This document shows positions 26,098-36,187 of a stretch of DNA of 64,000 nucleotides, piece after piece. The notes under the pieces were generated by a model, which saw only the letters and a program-made list of their open reading frames with translations, made no database searches and was not told the DNA's origin. This DNA is from an uncultured Acidimicrobiia bacterium. GTDB lineage: Bacteria; Acidobacteriota; Vicinamibacteria; Vicinamibacterales; UBA2999. Within the stretch, counting starts at the first letter, position 1. Every line of letters begins with the position of its first letter. Location of the stretch: assembly GCA_963784445.1 (NCBI GenBank), contig CAWARO010000003.1, forward strand, positions 1,169,440 to 1,233,439, written 5' to 3'. Position numbers and translations under genes: made by a program.

Positions 26098-28505
26098 GTG
26101 GTGCCGGGTACGTACTCGCTCCTCAGGGCCGTCATCGGATCGACGCGCATCGCGCGGCGAGCCGGAACATAACATGCTAATACGGCCATCGCCAGCAGCA
26201 ACGCCGAGAGTGAGAGATAAATGACCGGCTCGGTGGCGCTGGTGTTGAACAGCAGGCCCTGCACGAGCCGGGTGGCCGCGGCGGCGGCGACCAACCCGAC
26301 GACCACGCCAATCACCGCCAGGCGCAGGCCCTGGCCGATCACCTGCCGGAACACCTGGCCCGGACTCGCGCCGAGCGCGAGGCGAACGCCGATCTCCGGC
26401 ACCCGCTGCGTGACCATGAAGCTAATCAGGCCGTAGACCCCGACCGCGGCCAGCAGGAGGGCCAGGCCGGCAAACCCGGCGATCAGGTACGAACGAAACC
26501 GCGGCTCGCCGGTGGAGTTCTCGATGATCTGCTGGATCGTGTTGACCTCGCCGATCGGCAGGTCCGGATCGAGTTGTGCGACGACGGCCTTCACCGCGGG
26601 AGTGATCGCGGCGGCACCCTGGTTGGTGCGAATCATCGCGCCCATGTACGGAAGCATGAACCGCGTGTAGGGGAGAAATACCGCCGGCCGCGGCGGCTGG
26701 TCGAGCGAGCGCCGCCGTGCATCCGAGACGATGCCGACCACGGTCGCGGGATTGCCGAGATCGATTTGCTCACCAATAGGATTCTTGCCGCCAAATTCTT
26801 TGACCGCCGCTTCGCTGATGAGGGCCACCAGCGGTGAGTTCGGGCCATCGGTGGTGGCAAAGTCGCGGCCCGCGATCAACCGCAGACCGGCCGTCTGCAG
26901 GTAACCCGGCGAGATCGCATTCAGTTCGGCGGTCACGCGGTCCGCGGCCGGCTTCTGCGGCTGGCCGACAACCCGCAAGCTGGCCTGCGCATTGCCTCCG
27001 CCGAACGGAAACGGGAACATGATCGCCGATTGCGCCGTGAGCGGATTGGCCTGCAGCTGCTCGAGCACGCTCGAATAGAAACGGACCTGCGCCTGCTCGT
27101 CGTAGCGGGCGAGGGGCAACATCAATTCGACCGTCACGAGGTCGGTGGTTCGGAAGCCGGGATCGACGGCACGAAGCCTGGAGAAACTGGTCAACATCAG
27201 GCCCGCGCCGATCAACAGCACGAGCGCGAGCGCCACCTGCGCGACCACCATCACATTGCGCAAGCCGGTGCGCGCCGTCCCGCTGCGGCCGCCGTCCTTC
27301 AGGTCGGCGTTGAGCTCGGGCTTCGACGCGCTCAGCGACGGCGCCAGGCCGAACAACACACCGACTGCCAGCGTGGCGGCGAATGCCACGAGCGCGATGC
27401 GCCAGTCGAGCGTCACGTCATCCAGCCGGGGCAGATTCTCCGGCGCGGCGCCGATCAGCAATTGCAGCGCCCAATACGCCACGACCAGTCCCGCCGCACC
27501 GCCCGCCATCGCAAGCACCAGGCTTTCGGTGAGCAGTTGCCGGATCAGCCGCCCGCGTCCCGCACCGAGCGCGGTACGCACGGCAATCTCGCGCCGCCGC
27601 GATGCACCGCGGGCCACCAGCAGTCCGGCAACGTTCGCGCACGCAATCAACAGGACGAATGCCACCGCGCCCAGCACGACGAGCAGTGCCGTGCGCACAT
27701 CGGCGACCATGCTGGCCGCCAGTGGTTGCAGGTCGAGCGAGGTGCCGGCATCGTCAGGCGAGTTCGCCGAGGCGATTTGACTACCCACGGAGCGAATTTG
27801 TCCGCGTGCGTCGGTCAGTGAGCGGTCGCCGGCAATCCGCGCCACCGCCGTGAAATACTGCACTTGGCGCGAGCCGATCTCGCCCGGCGTCCCAATGGGA
27901 TTGGTCGGCACATCGGCCGGTGCCAGGATCCAGACGTCGGTCTTGCCCGGATGGCGGAGCCGCTCCGGCACCACGCCGATGATCTCCGTCGGCCGGCCAT
28001 TGAGGCGCACGACCGATCCGACCACCTTCGGGTCGCTGCCAAATTGCTGGCGCCAGATCGATTCACCGATCACCGCGATGGCCGCGCCAGGCTTGTCACT
28101 GGCTTCATGATAGGTGCGGCCAAATAGCGGCGGCGCGTCGAAGATATCGAAGAACGCCGCCGTCGTCTCCATGCCTCTGACCCGCACCGGTTCTCCGCGC
28201 CCGGTCAGATCGATGACGTCGGAGCGATAACCCGCCACGGCCGACAAATACGTCGCGCCCTTTTTGAAATCGAGATAGTCCGGCGCCGAAAACGACGCAT
28301 CGTCGCCCTGGGTGTTGGTGCGCACCATGCGGACGATGCGTCCGGGGTCGTTGTAGGGAAGCGGGCGCAGCACCACGCCATCGACGATGCTGAAGATCGC
28401 CGTGGTGCCGCCGATGCCAAGCGCGAGGGTGATCAGCGCAACCAGCGTGAAGCCTGGCGCGCGCAGGAACGAGCGTAGGGCGTACCGAATATCCTGAACC
28501 AGCAC
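26088..28505 (-). CDS. ADOP-type duplicated MacB/FtsX permease
   Basis: 805 aa. N-terminal DIRYALRSFLRAPGFTLVALITLALGIG. Two MacB-periplasmic-domain plus FtsX modules in tandem. Confidence 0.88.
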   Translation of the reverse strand: MLVQDIRYALRSFLRAPGFTLVALITLALGIGGTTAIFSIVDGVVLRPLPYNDPGRIVRMVRTNTQGDDASFSAPDYLDFKKGATYLSAVAGYRSDVIDLTGRGEPVRVRGMETTAAFFDIFDAPPLFGRTYHEASDKPGAAIAVIGESIWRQQFGSDPKVVGSVVRLNGRPTEIIGVVPERLRHPGKTDVWILAPADVPTNPIGTPGEIGSRQVQYFTAVARIAGDRSLTDARGQIRSVGSQIASANSPDDAGTSLDLQPLAASMVADVRTALLVVLGAVAFVLLIACANVAGLLVARGASRRREIAVRTALGAGRGRLIRQLLTESLVLAMAGGAAGLVVAYWALQLLIGAAPENLPRLDDVTLDWRIALVAFAATLAVGVLFGLAPSLSASKPELNADLKDGGRSGTARTGLRNVMVVAQVALALVLLIGAGLMLTSFSRLRAVDPGFRTTDLVTVELMLPLARYDEQAQVRFYSSVLEQLQANPLTAQSAIMFPFPFGGGNAQASLRVVGQPQKPAADRVTAELNAISPGYLQTAGLRLIAGRDFATTDGPNSPLVALISEAAVKEFGGKNPIGEQIDLGNPATVVGIVSDARRRSLDQPPRPAVFLPYTRFMLPYMGAMIRTNQGAAAITPAVKAVVAQLDPDLPIGEVNTIQQIIENSTGEPRFRSYLIAGFAGLALLLAAVGVYGLISFMVTQRVPEIGVRLALGASPGQVFRQVIGQGLRLAVIGVVVGLVAAAAATRLVQGLLFNTSATEPVIYLSLSALLLAMAVLACYVPARRAMRVDPMTALRSEYVPGTTDP

Positions 28506-28527
28506 GCCCTACCTCGCGGTCTCCTTG

Positions 28528-29232
<705 letters not shown>

Positions 29233-29272
29233 CGAATAACTCCTTTAATGGTATCTGCGGGCGACGGCTTTG

Positions 29273-29295
29273 GAGCCGTTCCGTAGGAACGGCTC
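29273..29295. other. perfect intercistronic hairpin (10-bp stem, 3-nt loop)
   Basis: GAGCCGTTCC-GTA-GGAACGGCTC, between the adaptor stop (29372) and the ATPase-1 start (29232). Confidence 0.85.
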
Positions 29296-29371
29296 GTAAT
29301 CGTTGGTTGAGCGACGATGTTCATTGCGGCTACGCCGCGGATACGATCCATTGGAGTACAACGACATCACC

Positions 29372-30631
29372 TTACCTCAACCGAATGCGTTCGAACTGAT
29401 CCCACGCGGACATGTCGGAGAGCACGACCTGATCGCCCTCCGCCAGTCCTCCGAGCACTTCAATCGTGTTCACCGAGCTGCGGCCAAGCTGCACTTGCGA
29501 GCGCGTGGCTTCACCGGTGGCGTCAAGCTTGAAGAGGCCGACGGTGCTTTGTTCCTGGCCGAAGGCCGGACGCCCGACGAACAGGACGTTTTCCAGCCGC
29601 TCGAGTTCGATCGTGCCGTCGACGCTCAGGTCGGGCCGCGCACCGCGCGGCAGCTCGCCTTCGAGCTGCACGTCAACCGTGACGGTGCCGTTCACCGCCG
29701 CCGGATCGATACGAATGACCTTGCCGGGGATGAAGCCGTTGCGCGTATCAACCGAGGCGATCTGTCCAATCGTCAGGTCGCGCGCCTGCGTTTCCGCGAT
29801 GCGCAGTTCCGCCTTGAGGCGCGTGGGATCGGCGACGCGAACCAGGTTCGTGCCGGGCTGCACCTGCTGGCCGACTTCAACCGGGACCTGCTCGAGAACG
29901 CCGGTCATGCCGGCGCGCACCCGCAGTTGATCGACCTGCGAGCGCCGCAAGTTGTAGTTCGAACGCCGCTGATCGATGGTCGCCTGCGCCGACTGCATTT
30001 GCGCGCGGGCGCTCGCTTCGGTGACCTTCAGCCGATCGGTTTCAATGGCATTGCGCGTGGCCAACGATGAGCAGCGGACTACCGACTGTTTCAGGATCTG
30101 AGCTGACACCAGGCCGTCTTTGGCCAGGGCTTCGTTCATTTCCTTTTCCGTGCACGCATTCTCGAAATCGGCGCGGACAATCGCGGCCTGCGCTCGCTGG
30201 TTGAGCGTCTCGGCATCGAGCCGTGCCTTCAAGCTGTTGTAGTCGGCTTCCGCCCCACGCAACAGCTGATCGGCGTCGTTCAAAGCCTGCTGCACGTTCG
30301 GGTCGCTCAGTTCGAGGACGACGGTGTCGGGCGTGACCTGCACGCCGGGACGCATGATGATTCGTTCGACGCGGCCCTGCGTGGACGCGGGGACCCACCG
30401 GCGGGCTTCGTCCACCGGGACGAGCGTGCCGAGACCGCGGACTTGGCGGACCATCGGCCCGCGCTTCACGATGTCGACCCAGACGGTGGCGCGTTCAACC
30501 GTGGGCGCGGCCGGCTTCAACCGGGCCAGCACCACCGACACGGCGGCGATGACGATCACTGCGACGGCGCCAAGCATGATCTGCTTACGCTTTTTGGCTT
30601 GCGCGACGGATGCGGGACGCTGAATGTCCAT
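29372..30631 (-). CDS. HlyD/MacA-family periplasmic adaptor subunit
   Basis: N-terminal TM anchor (IMLGAVAVIVIAAVSVVLA), a long coiled-coil segment, and beta-barrel/MP domains. First gene of the cluster. Confidence 0.85.
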   Translation of the reverse strand: MDIQRPASVAQAKKRKQIMLGAVAVIVIAAVSVVLARLKPAAPTVERATVWVDIVKRGPMVRQVRGLGTLVPVDEARRWVPASTQGRVERIIMRPGVQVTPDTVVLELSDPNVQQALNDADQLLRGAEADYNSLKARLDAETLNQRAQAAIVRADFENACTEKEMNEALAKDGLVSAQILKQSVVRCSSLATRNAIETDRLKVTEASARAQMQSAQATIDQRRSNYNLRRSQVDQLRVRAGMTGVLEQVPVEVGQQVQPGTNLVRVADPTRLKAELRIAETQARDLTIGQIASVDTRNGFIPGKVIRIDPAAVNGTVTVDVQLEGELPRGARPDLSVDGTIELERLENVLFVGRPAFGQEQSTVGLFKLDATGEATRSQVQLGRSSVNTIEVLGGLAEGDQVVLSDMSAWDQFERIRLR

Positions 30632-30720
30632 TGTTCGAGTTGCCCTAATTAGACGGTGATTACCACCAAAAACGATGGCATCTATTTATAGCCAGCATCT
30701 GGCCATTTGCTATGGCTAAT

Positions 30721-30736
30721 ATCAAGGGTTGTGCCA
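30721..30736 (-). promoter_or_regulatory. candidate sigma-54 (-24/-12) promoter upstream of the adaptor gene
   Basis: The minus strand reads TGGCACAACCCTTGAT, against consensus TGGCAC-N5-TTGCW. Spacing is correct, with one mismatch (A for C at -12). About 90 nt upstream of the ATG at 30631. Confidence 0.3.
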
Positions 30737-30846
30737 CTGAGTGCACCGTATCCAACCTATTGCATAAACGAGAGTTAGTGGCCAAAGGTTCCACCCGGTC
30801 GCCGCTGAGGTGTTCGGTCGTGGGACTCCCAGAGCCAGCGGTGGGA

Positions 30847-32457
30847 CTACCGGCGCAGTCGAAATACCATGTCGGACCCGTTGGGTTCATCAAACTGGAC
30901 CGTAGCCTCGACGTCCGGTCGCCGAAGGAGGGCCGCCGTGACCTCGCCATAGCGATCCGGCCCGAGCAGGCCGCCGTGCACGACGACGAAATCCACCCCC
31001 CGCCTTTTCAGGTATTCGATTGATCGATCGTCCGGGAAGCCCACGGTCTCTGCCGCCAACTCAAGGAAGGTCCGCGGAAAGAAGCCGCTGTAGCCGTTCA
31101 CGATTGGCTGCCAGTGGTACGTGCTGTTGAACATGTAAAGGCCGTCGAAAATGCTATCGAGGCGGTAGGGCGTGGCGAACGGTATTTCGGCGACGACCGA
31201 TCGCGGCTGCGTCGCGAGCCATCGATAGACTTGCGGCGCTTCGGCAGGGAGCGTGAGCCAGGCTCGCAGCGGATTGCGGTACTCGATCAGCATCGCCGCC
31301 GACAGCGCCGTGGCCGCAAGTGCGGTCACCGCGCGAGACCGTGCGCGCGTCAGCCGCGCAAATCCGTAGGCGGCGAGCCCCGCGACGGCGAGAAATACGA
31401 GAATCGAGGCGCGGGCCCACGCCCGCAGGCCGCGGTAGGGAAAGAGAATGGTTCGCAGCGGCTCGTACATCGGGGTGTTGAAACCGAGCGACACGATCAG
31501 GCCGACGGCTCCCACGATGATGATCGTCACGAGGCGTCGATCGCGGCCAACCACGCCAATGAGGGCGAGCACCAGCGCGATCACGCCAGGAAACAGACGC
31601 CGTTCGTTGCGCCCGAATCCCGCACTCCATTCGCCGTGCACGACGTTCTCAGGGGTGGCCGACAGATAATTTTCCAGCGTCGCGGAATACATGGCGATGT
31701 CGGTGTCCTGCCGCTCGCCGAGGCTGTTTCGATTCGAGATATACGCCAGCAAATACGGCGTCATCACGATCATCGCAATCGAAAAGGCGGGCACCATGGC
31801 CTGCGCGAATTGCATGCGCGCATCCCGATCGAGCGCCCGCAGCCTCACTGGCACGATCACGAGGAGCGCGGTGGCGAGGAAAATCGCGTAGTAGATGCCG
31901 GAGAACACTTGCCCGGCAAACGCTGCCGCGGTGAGCGCCGCCGCGCGGCGCGATCGCGTCTCGAGCGTCCGTTCCAATCCGAGCAGCGTCAGCGGCAGAA
32001 AGAATGTCGCATGCATCTCGAGATGCATGAAGTGATCGAAACGAAACGGCACGAAGGCAAAGGCGATTCCGGCGGGCACGCCGGCCCACGCATTCCCGGT
32101 GACACGAGTGGCGTATAGCCACATGGCCCAACCCGAAAGCGCGATCGAGAGCAACAGCAGCCCGTTATAAGCAGCGATCGGAGACAGACCCGACCAGATC
32201 AGTGGCGCCGCGGTGAAGCCCTGGAGGAGGACGGCATCCGTATAGGCGAGCGTGCGTCTTTCAGGATGGAAGATGTTGCCGTTCAGCAGATCGAGCGGGC
32301 TGAGCGGAAGAATGTGCGCCACCCACGAGAGGCGCCAGATGCTCAGCAACGAGTCGTCGGAGTCGTGGACGCGGGACGACAGATGCTGCGCCTGCGGCCA
32401 TGTCATCGCCAGCGTCAGCCCCAGGAAGAGGAGGAACGCTGCAAACTTGCGCGCCAT
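30847..32457 (-). CDS. large polytopic membrane protein, suspected GT-C (ArnT/PMT-like) glycosyltransferase fold
   Basis: 536 aa with more than 10 hydrophobic segments and a C-terminal soluble domain. Function is inferred only from architecture. Confidence 0.5.
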   Translation of the reverse strand: MARKFAAFLLFLGLTLAMTWPQAQHLSSRVHDSDDSLLSIWRLSWVAHILPLSPLDLLNGNIFHPERRTLAYTDAVLLQGFTAAPLIWSGLSPIAAYNGLLLLSIALSGWAMWLYATRVTGNAWAGVPAGIAFAFVPFRFDHFMHLEMHATFFLPLTLLGLERTLETRSRRAAALTAAAFAGQVFSGIYYAIFLATALLVIVPVRLRALDRDARMQFAQAMVPAFSIAMIVMTPYLLAYISNRNSLGERQDTDIAMYSATLENYLSATPENVVHGEWSAGFGRNERRLFPGVIALVLALIGVVGRDRRLVTIIIVGAVGLIVSLGFNTPMYEPLRTILFPYRGLRAWARASILVFLAVAGLAAYGFARLTRARSRAVTALAATALSAAMLIEYRNPLRAWLTLPAEAPQVYRWLATQPRSVVAEIPFATPYRLDSIFDGLYMFNSTYHWQPIVNGYSGFFPRTFLELAAETVGFPDDRSIEYLKRRGVDFVVVHGGLLGPDRYGEVTAALLRRPDVEATVQFDEPNGSDMVFRLRR

Positions 32458-32463
32458 GCGCTT

Positions 32464-33605
32464 TTACCCTCCCGCGATCGCCGTGCGCCACACTTCTGGA
32501 TCGGTGACGCCTTCGCTCACGATGACCAGGACCCGGGACGAGGAGGAGAGCCCCAGGCGGGCGCGCGCTTCGGCGAGTGAGACGTCGCGGCACAAGGCGA
32601 GGAGTCCGCCGAGCGCCGCTGCACCGGACGAACCCGCAGCAATTGCCGGATCCTCACCGCGAGGCCGGCCCAGCGCCCGCGTTGCCTCGTCCGACCACGC
32701 GTCGTCGATGGCCATGAAGGCATAGACGTTCGGGAGAAGCGAGATAAACGCCGGCGGCGACACTTCGCGGTTGCGCAAGCCGGCCATCGTGGTGGTGAGT
32801 GGGCCCGTCACGGCCACCGGTGTTCCCGCGCGCGCGGAGGCTTGCAGGCATGCTGCCGATGTCGGTTCGACGGCCACAACGCGCGGATGCGGTTCGCTGC
32901 GCCCCTCGACTTCGCTCGGGGCAGGCCTGAGCCTGTCGAACGGCCGATGAAAGGCGCACCAGCTCGCCATGGCGCACAACAATCCGCCGACGCCACCCTG
33001 GACGAAGAGGAAATCGAATTCCCCTTCGACTCGCGGCGCGATCGAGTCCGCCGCTCGCTCAGGGCAAGCGGGTCATGGATTTCATCGAGCATGCGCGTGT
33101 AGCCGAGCATGATCAGCCGCGGGATCCGTTCATAGCCTTCCCAGGCCGTGTCCGACACGATCGTCCAACGGTTCCTGTCCGCCTCCGCCTGCATGATTCG
33201 CACGGCGTCGTCGTAGGAGCCATCGACCTTGATCACCTCGGCGCCCTCGCCCGCGATGGCGTTGACGCGCGACGGGGAGGCATCGTGGGCCATATAGACC
33301 CGTGCCGCGCACCCGGCGTCGCGGGCCGCCCGCGCTACGGCGCGGCCGTGATTGCCTTCGCTGGCGCAGACGAGCGTCGCGCCCGGCCGGATTGCGCCCT
33401 CCATCAGGAGCGTTTCGACGGCGAACCTGGCGCCGAGCAGCTTAAAGGCATTGAGGCCGAAGCGGCCGGTCTCGTCTTTGGCAAAGAGACGTCCGATACC
33501 TAGGTCGCGGGCCAGAGCGGGCAGCTCCCGGAGCGGCGAGGGCGCAAGCTCGGGCCGGCCGGCAAAAAATGCACGCATCTGCGCATATTCGGCGGCCGAG
33601 AACAT
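32464..33605 (-). pseudogene. PLP-dependent diaminopropionate ammonia-lyase-like enzyme; frame switch near 33050 and a REP-derived insert
   Basis: FAKDETGRFGLNAFKLLG (PLP lysine), SEGNHGRAVA. After ...MLDEIHDPLA the protein continues in another frame as EFDFLFVQGGVGG...VVAVEPTSAAC. Start chosen at MFSAAEY (33605). Confidence 0.7.
32903..32943 (-). repeat. REP-like module embedded in the coding sequence (translated PFDRLRPAPSEVEG)
   Basis: The minus strand reads CCGTTCGACAGGCTCAGG...CCCGAGCGAAGTCGAGGG. The second half matches 35426-35443 at 17/18 positions. The first half resembles 1334-1353. Confidence 0.75.
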
Positions 33606-33683
33606 ACCGGTCGTACGTGTCGATTGGGACGGCAGGAAGGCGGTGGCAGTGGCAATAGTGCAACCGATTATAGTGGCGCGCAT

Positions 33684-35402
33684 ATGACCCTTCGACTCGC
33701 CAATAGGCGCGCGCCAGCCCCTCCATTGGCTCGCTCATGGCGGGCGTCCCTCTGCGTGGTCATGGCCGTGCTTTGCGCGGCTTGCACACAGCCGTCACCC
33801 CGGTTCGACCTGATTGTGCGTGGCGGCGACGTGATCGACGGCACCGGCCAGCCGCCGCGGCGCGCCGATGTGGGCGTGGTCGGCGATCGCATCACGGCGA
33901 TCGGGGACCTCGCCTCCGAGCAGGCTGGCCGCGTCATCGACGCCAGTGGCCTGGCCGTGGCGCCCGGCTTCATCGACGTGCAGGGCCAGTCGGGCACGAC
34001 CCTGCTGGCCGACGGCAACGCCGAGAGTCACCTTCGCCAGGGCATTACCAGCGAGATCATCGGCGAGGGCGGCTCGCCCGCATTCTGGACGCCCGACACC
34101 GCGGACTCGGATTCGCTCGCGCCGTTTGGCATCACGGTGGATTGGACCGGATTTGACGGCTACTTCAATAAGCTGAGACAGACCGGCACGACGGTGAACG
34201 TCGGCACGTTCGTCCCGGCCACCATGGTGCGGCGCGCGATCGTCGGCATGGACAATCGTCCGCCCACGCCCGAAGAGCTGACGCGCATGGAAGCCATGGT
34301 CGATCAGGCGATGCGCGACGGCGCGTTTGGGCTGTCCAGCGCATTGATCTATGTGCCAGGATCGTTTGCGAAGACCGAGGAGCTCGTCGCGCTCGCGCGC
34401 GTCGCGGCGAAGCACAAGGGCATCTACATCACGCACATTCGCGGCGAGAGCTTCAACCTATTCAACGCGCTCGACGAGGCCATCAGCATCGGCCGCGACG
34501 CCGGGCTCCCGGTCGTGATCTTTCACCTCAAGGTGGGCGCGAAGGCCAACTGGGGGCGGATGAACGAGGCAGTGGCCAAGATCGAGAAAGCCAATGCCGC
34601 GGGATCGCGGGTGACCGCGACGATGTATCCCTATGCCGCGGGCGGAACCGGGCTGGCCGCCACATTGCCGTTGTGGGTGCAGGAGGGTGGCCGCGAGAAG
34701 ATGCTCGAGCGGCTGAAGGATCCGGCGATCCGGGCCCGCGCCCGCACCGAGATCGAAACCAAGATGGACGGCTGGGAAAACCTGCTGATGGCGGCGACGT
34801 TTGACGGCATCCAGGTGGCCGGCGTGCCCCGCGACTTCGATCAGTCGATCGTCGGCAAGCGCATCGCGGAGATCGCGAAGGAACGCAAGGCCGATCCCTG
34901 GCAGACGTATTTTTCGTTGCTCATCGACAGTGGCGGCCGCATCGGCGCGCTGTATCACATGATGAGCGAGCAGGACGTCGCCACCGGATTGAGATCGTCG
35001 CTCGTCACGATCGGCACGGATTCGTCGGCGCTGCGTGCCGAAGGGATTCTGTCGCGCGGGTCCCCACACCCGCGGTCGTACGGAACGTTCCCGCGGGTGC
35101 TCGGCAAGTATGTGCGTGACGAAAAGCTGATGTCTCTCCAGGAAGCGGTGCAGCGCATGACCGGCGCGGCTGCCACGCAGATGGGCCTGCGCGATCGCGG
35201 GTTGATTCGCGATCGCCACCTGGCCGACCTCGTAGTGTTCAATCCGGCCACGGTACAGGACAACGCCACCTATGAACGGCCGCACCAGTATCCGACCGGC
35301 ATCGAGTACGTGGTGGTGAATGGTGTGGTGGTGCTCGATCCAAAGGGACTCTCGGGCGCGCGGCCCGGCCGGCCCTTGTATGGGCCCGCCAAGCAGCCAT
35401 GA
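33684..35402 (+). CDS. N-acyl-D-amino-acid deacylase (D-aminoacylase) family amidohydrolase, secreted/lipoprotein-like
   Basis: Signal plus Cys (VMAVLCAACTQ), DLIVRGGDVIDGTG, GFIDVQGQSG, ITHIRGE, VVIFHLKV. ATG at 33684. Confidence 0.82.
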   Translation: MTLRLANRRAPAPPLARSWRASLCVVMAVLCAACTQPSPRFDLIVRGGDVIDGTGQPPRRADVGVVGDRITAIGDLASEQAGRVIDASGLAVAPGFIDVQGQSGTTLLADGNAESHLRQGITSEIIGEGGSPAFWTPDTADSDSLAPFGITVDWTGFDGYFNKLRQTGTTVNVGTFVPATMVRRAIVGMDNRPPTPEELTRMEAMVDQAMRDGAFGLSSALIYVPGSFAKTEELVALARVAAKHKGIYITHIRGESFNLFNALDEAISIGRDAGLPVVIFHLKVGAKANWGRMNEAVAKIEKANAAGSRVTATMYPYAAGGTGLAATLPLWVQEGGREKMLERLKDPAIRARARTEIETKMDGWENLLMAATFDGIQVAGVPRDFDQSIVGKRIAEIAKERKADPWQTYFSLLIDSGGRIGALYHMMSEQDVATGLRSSLVTIGTDSSALRAEGILSRGSPHPRSYGTFPRVLGKYVRDEKLMSLQEAVQRMTGAAATQMGLRDRGLIRDRHLADLVVFNPATVQDNATYERPHQYPTGIEYVVVNGVVVLDPKGLSGARPGRPLYGPAKQP

Positions 35403-35443
35403 CCATTCGAGAGGCTCATGGTCATCCCGAGCGCAGTCGAGGG
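35403..35443 (+). repeat. REP-like element in the spacer (contains CCCGAGCGCAGTCGAGGG)
   Basis: accattcgagaggctcatggtcatcccgagcgcagtcgaggg. Fills the 41-nt gap between the deacylase stop and the next ATG. Confidence 0.7.
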
Positions 35444-36187
35444 ATGAAGTTTCCTCTGCTGATTGCGTGTGCGATGGTCGCCGCGCTCTGCGTGTATTCG
35501 CCTTCGCTGCCTTTGGCAGCTTCCGCCTCCGCCAAGGCTACGGCGGACAAATTGGCGGACAGGTCGGCGGAACAATCAACGACTGGTCGAGTGTCGGGCA
35601 CGGTCAAGCTGACGTCGGCGAACTCGTCACGATCGCCGGCCACCGCCTACGATCGGCGCGCGGTGAGCCCGCGCGCGAAGGCGCTGCCTGAATCGCGAAA
35701 CGTGGTGATCTTTTTCGCCGACCTCCCGGCCTCGGCCGATGTGGCGGCCATGAAAGCGTCGGTCGCGCAGAAGGATGAGCAATTCGTGCCGCACGTGGTG
35801 GCGGTGACCACCGGATCGTCCGTGTCGTTTCCCAACGACGATCCCTTTTTCCACAACGTGTTCTCGCTGTCGCGCGGCGCGAACTTCGATCTCGGGCGGT
35901 TCCCGCCCGGCGCGTCGCGAGCGAAGGTGTTCACGCACGCTGGCATCGTCAAGGTGTTCTGCCACATCCATTCGCAGATGAGCGCGGTGGTGCGCGTGTT
36001 CGATCACCGGTGGTTTGTGATTCCCGATGATCAAGGGGCGTTTACGATCGATGGCGTGCCGCAGGGTGAGCACACGCTGGTGGCGTGGCACGAACGGATC
36101 GGCGAGCGGCGCGATCGGGTCACCATTCGCCCGGGCCAGAATACCGAGGTCAGCTTCACTTTGCCGGTGCTGGAGGCGGCCAAGTGA
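35444..36187 (+). CDS. periplasmic cupredoxin-like protein (family often annotated as methylamine utilisation protein)
   Basis: Signal peptide MKFPLLIACAMVAALCV. Possible type-1 copper ligands in FFHNVFS...FCHIHSQM. C-terminal Ig-like segment. Confidence 0.5.
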   Translation: MKFPLLIACAMVAALCVYSPSLPLAASASAKATADKLADRSAEQSTTGRVSGTVKLTSANSSRSPATAYDRRAVSPRAKALPESRNVVIFFADLPASADVAAMKASVAQKDEQFVPHVVAVTTGSSVSFPNDDPFFHNVFSLSRGANFDLGRFPPGASRAKVFTHAGIVKVFCHIHSQMSAVVRVFDHRWFVIPDDQGAFTIDGVPQGEHTLVAWHERIGERRDRVTIRPGQNTEVSFTLPVLEAAK

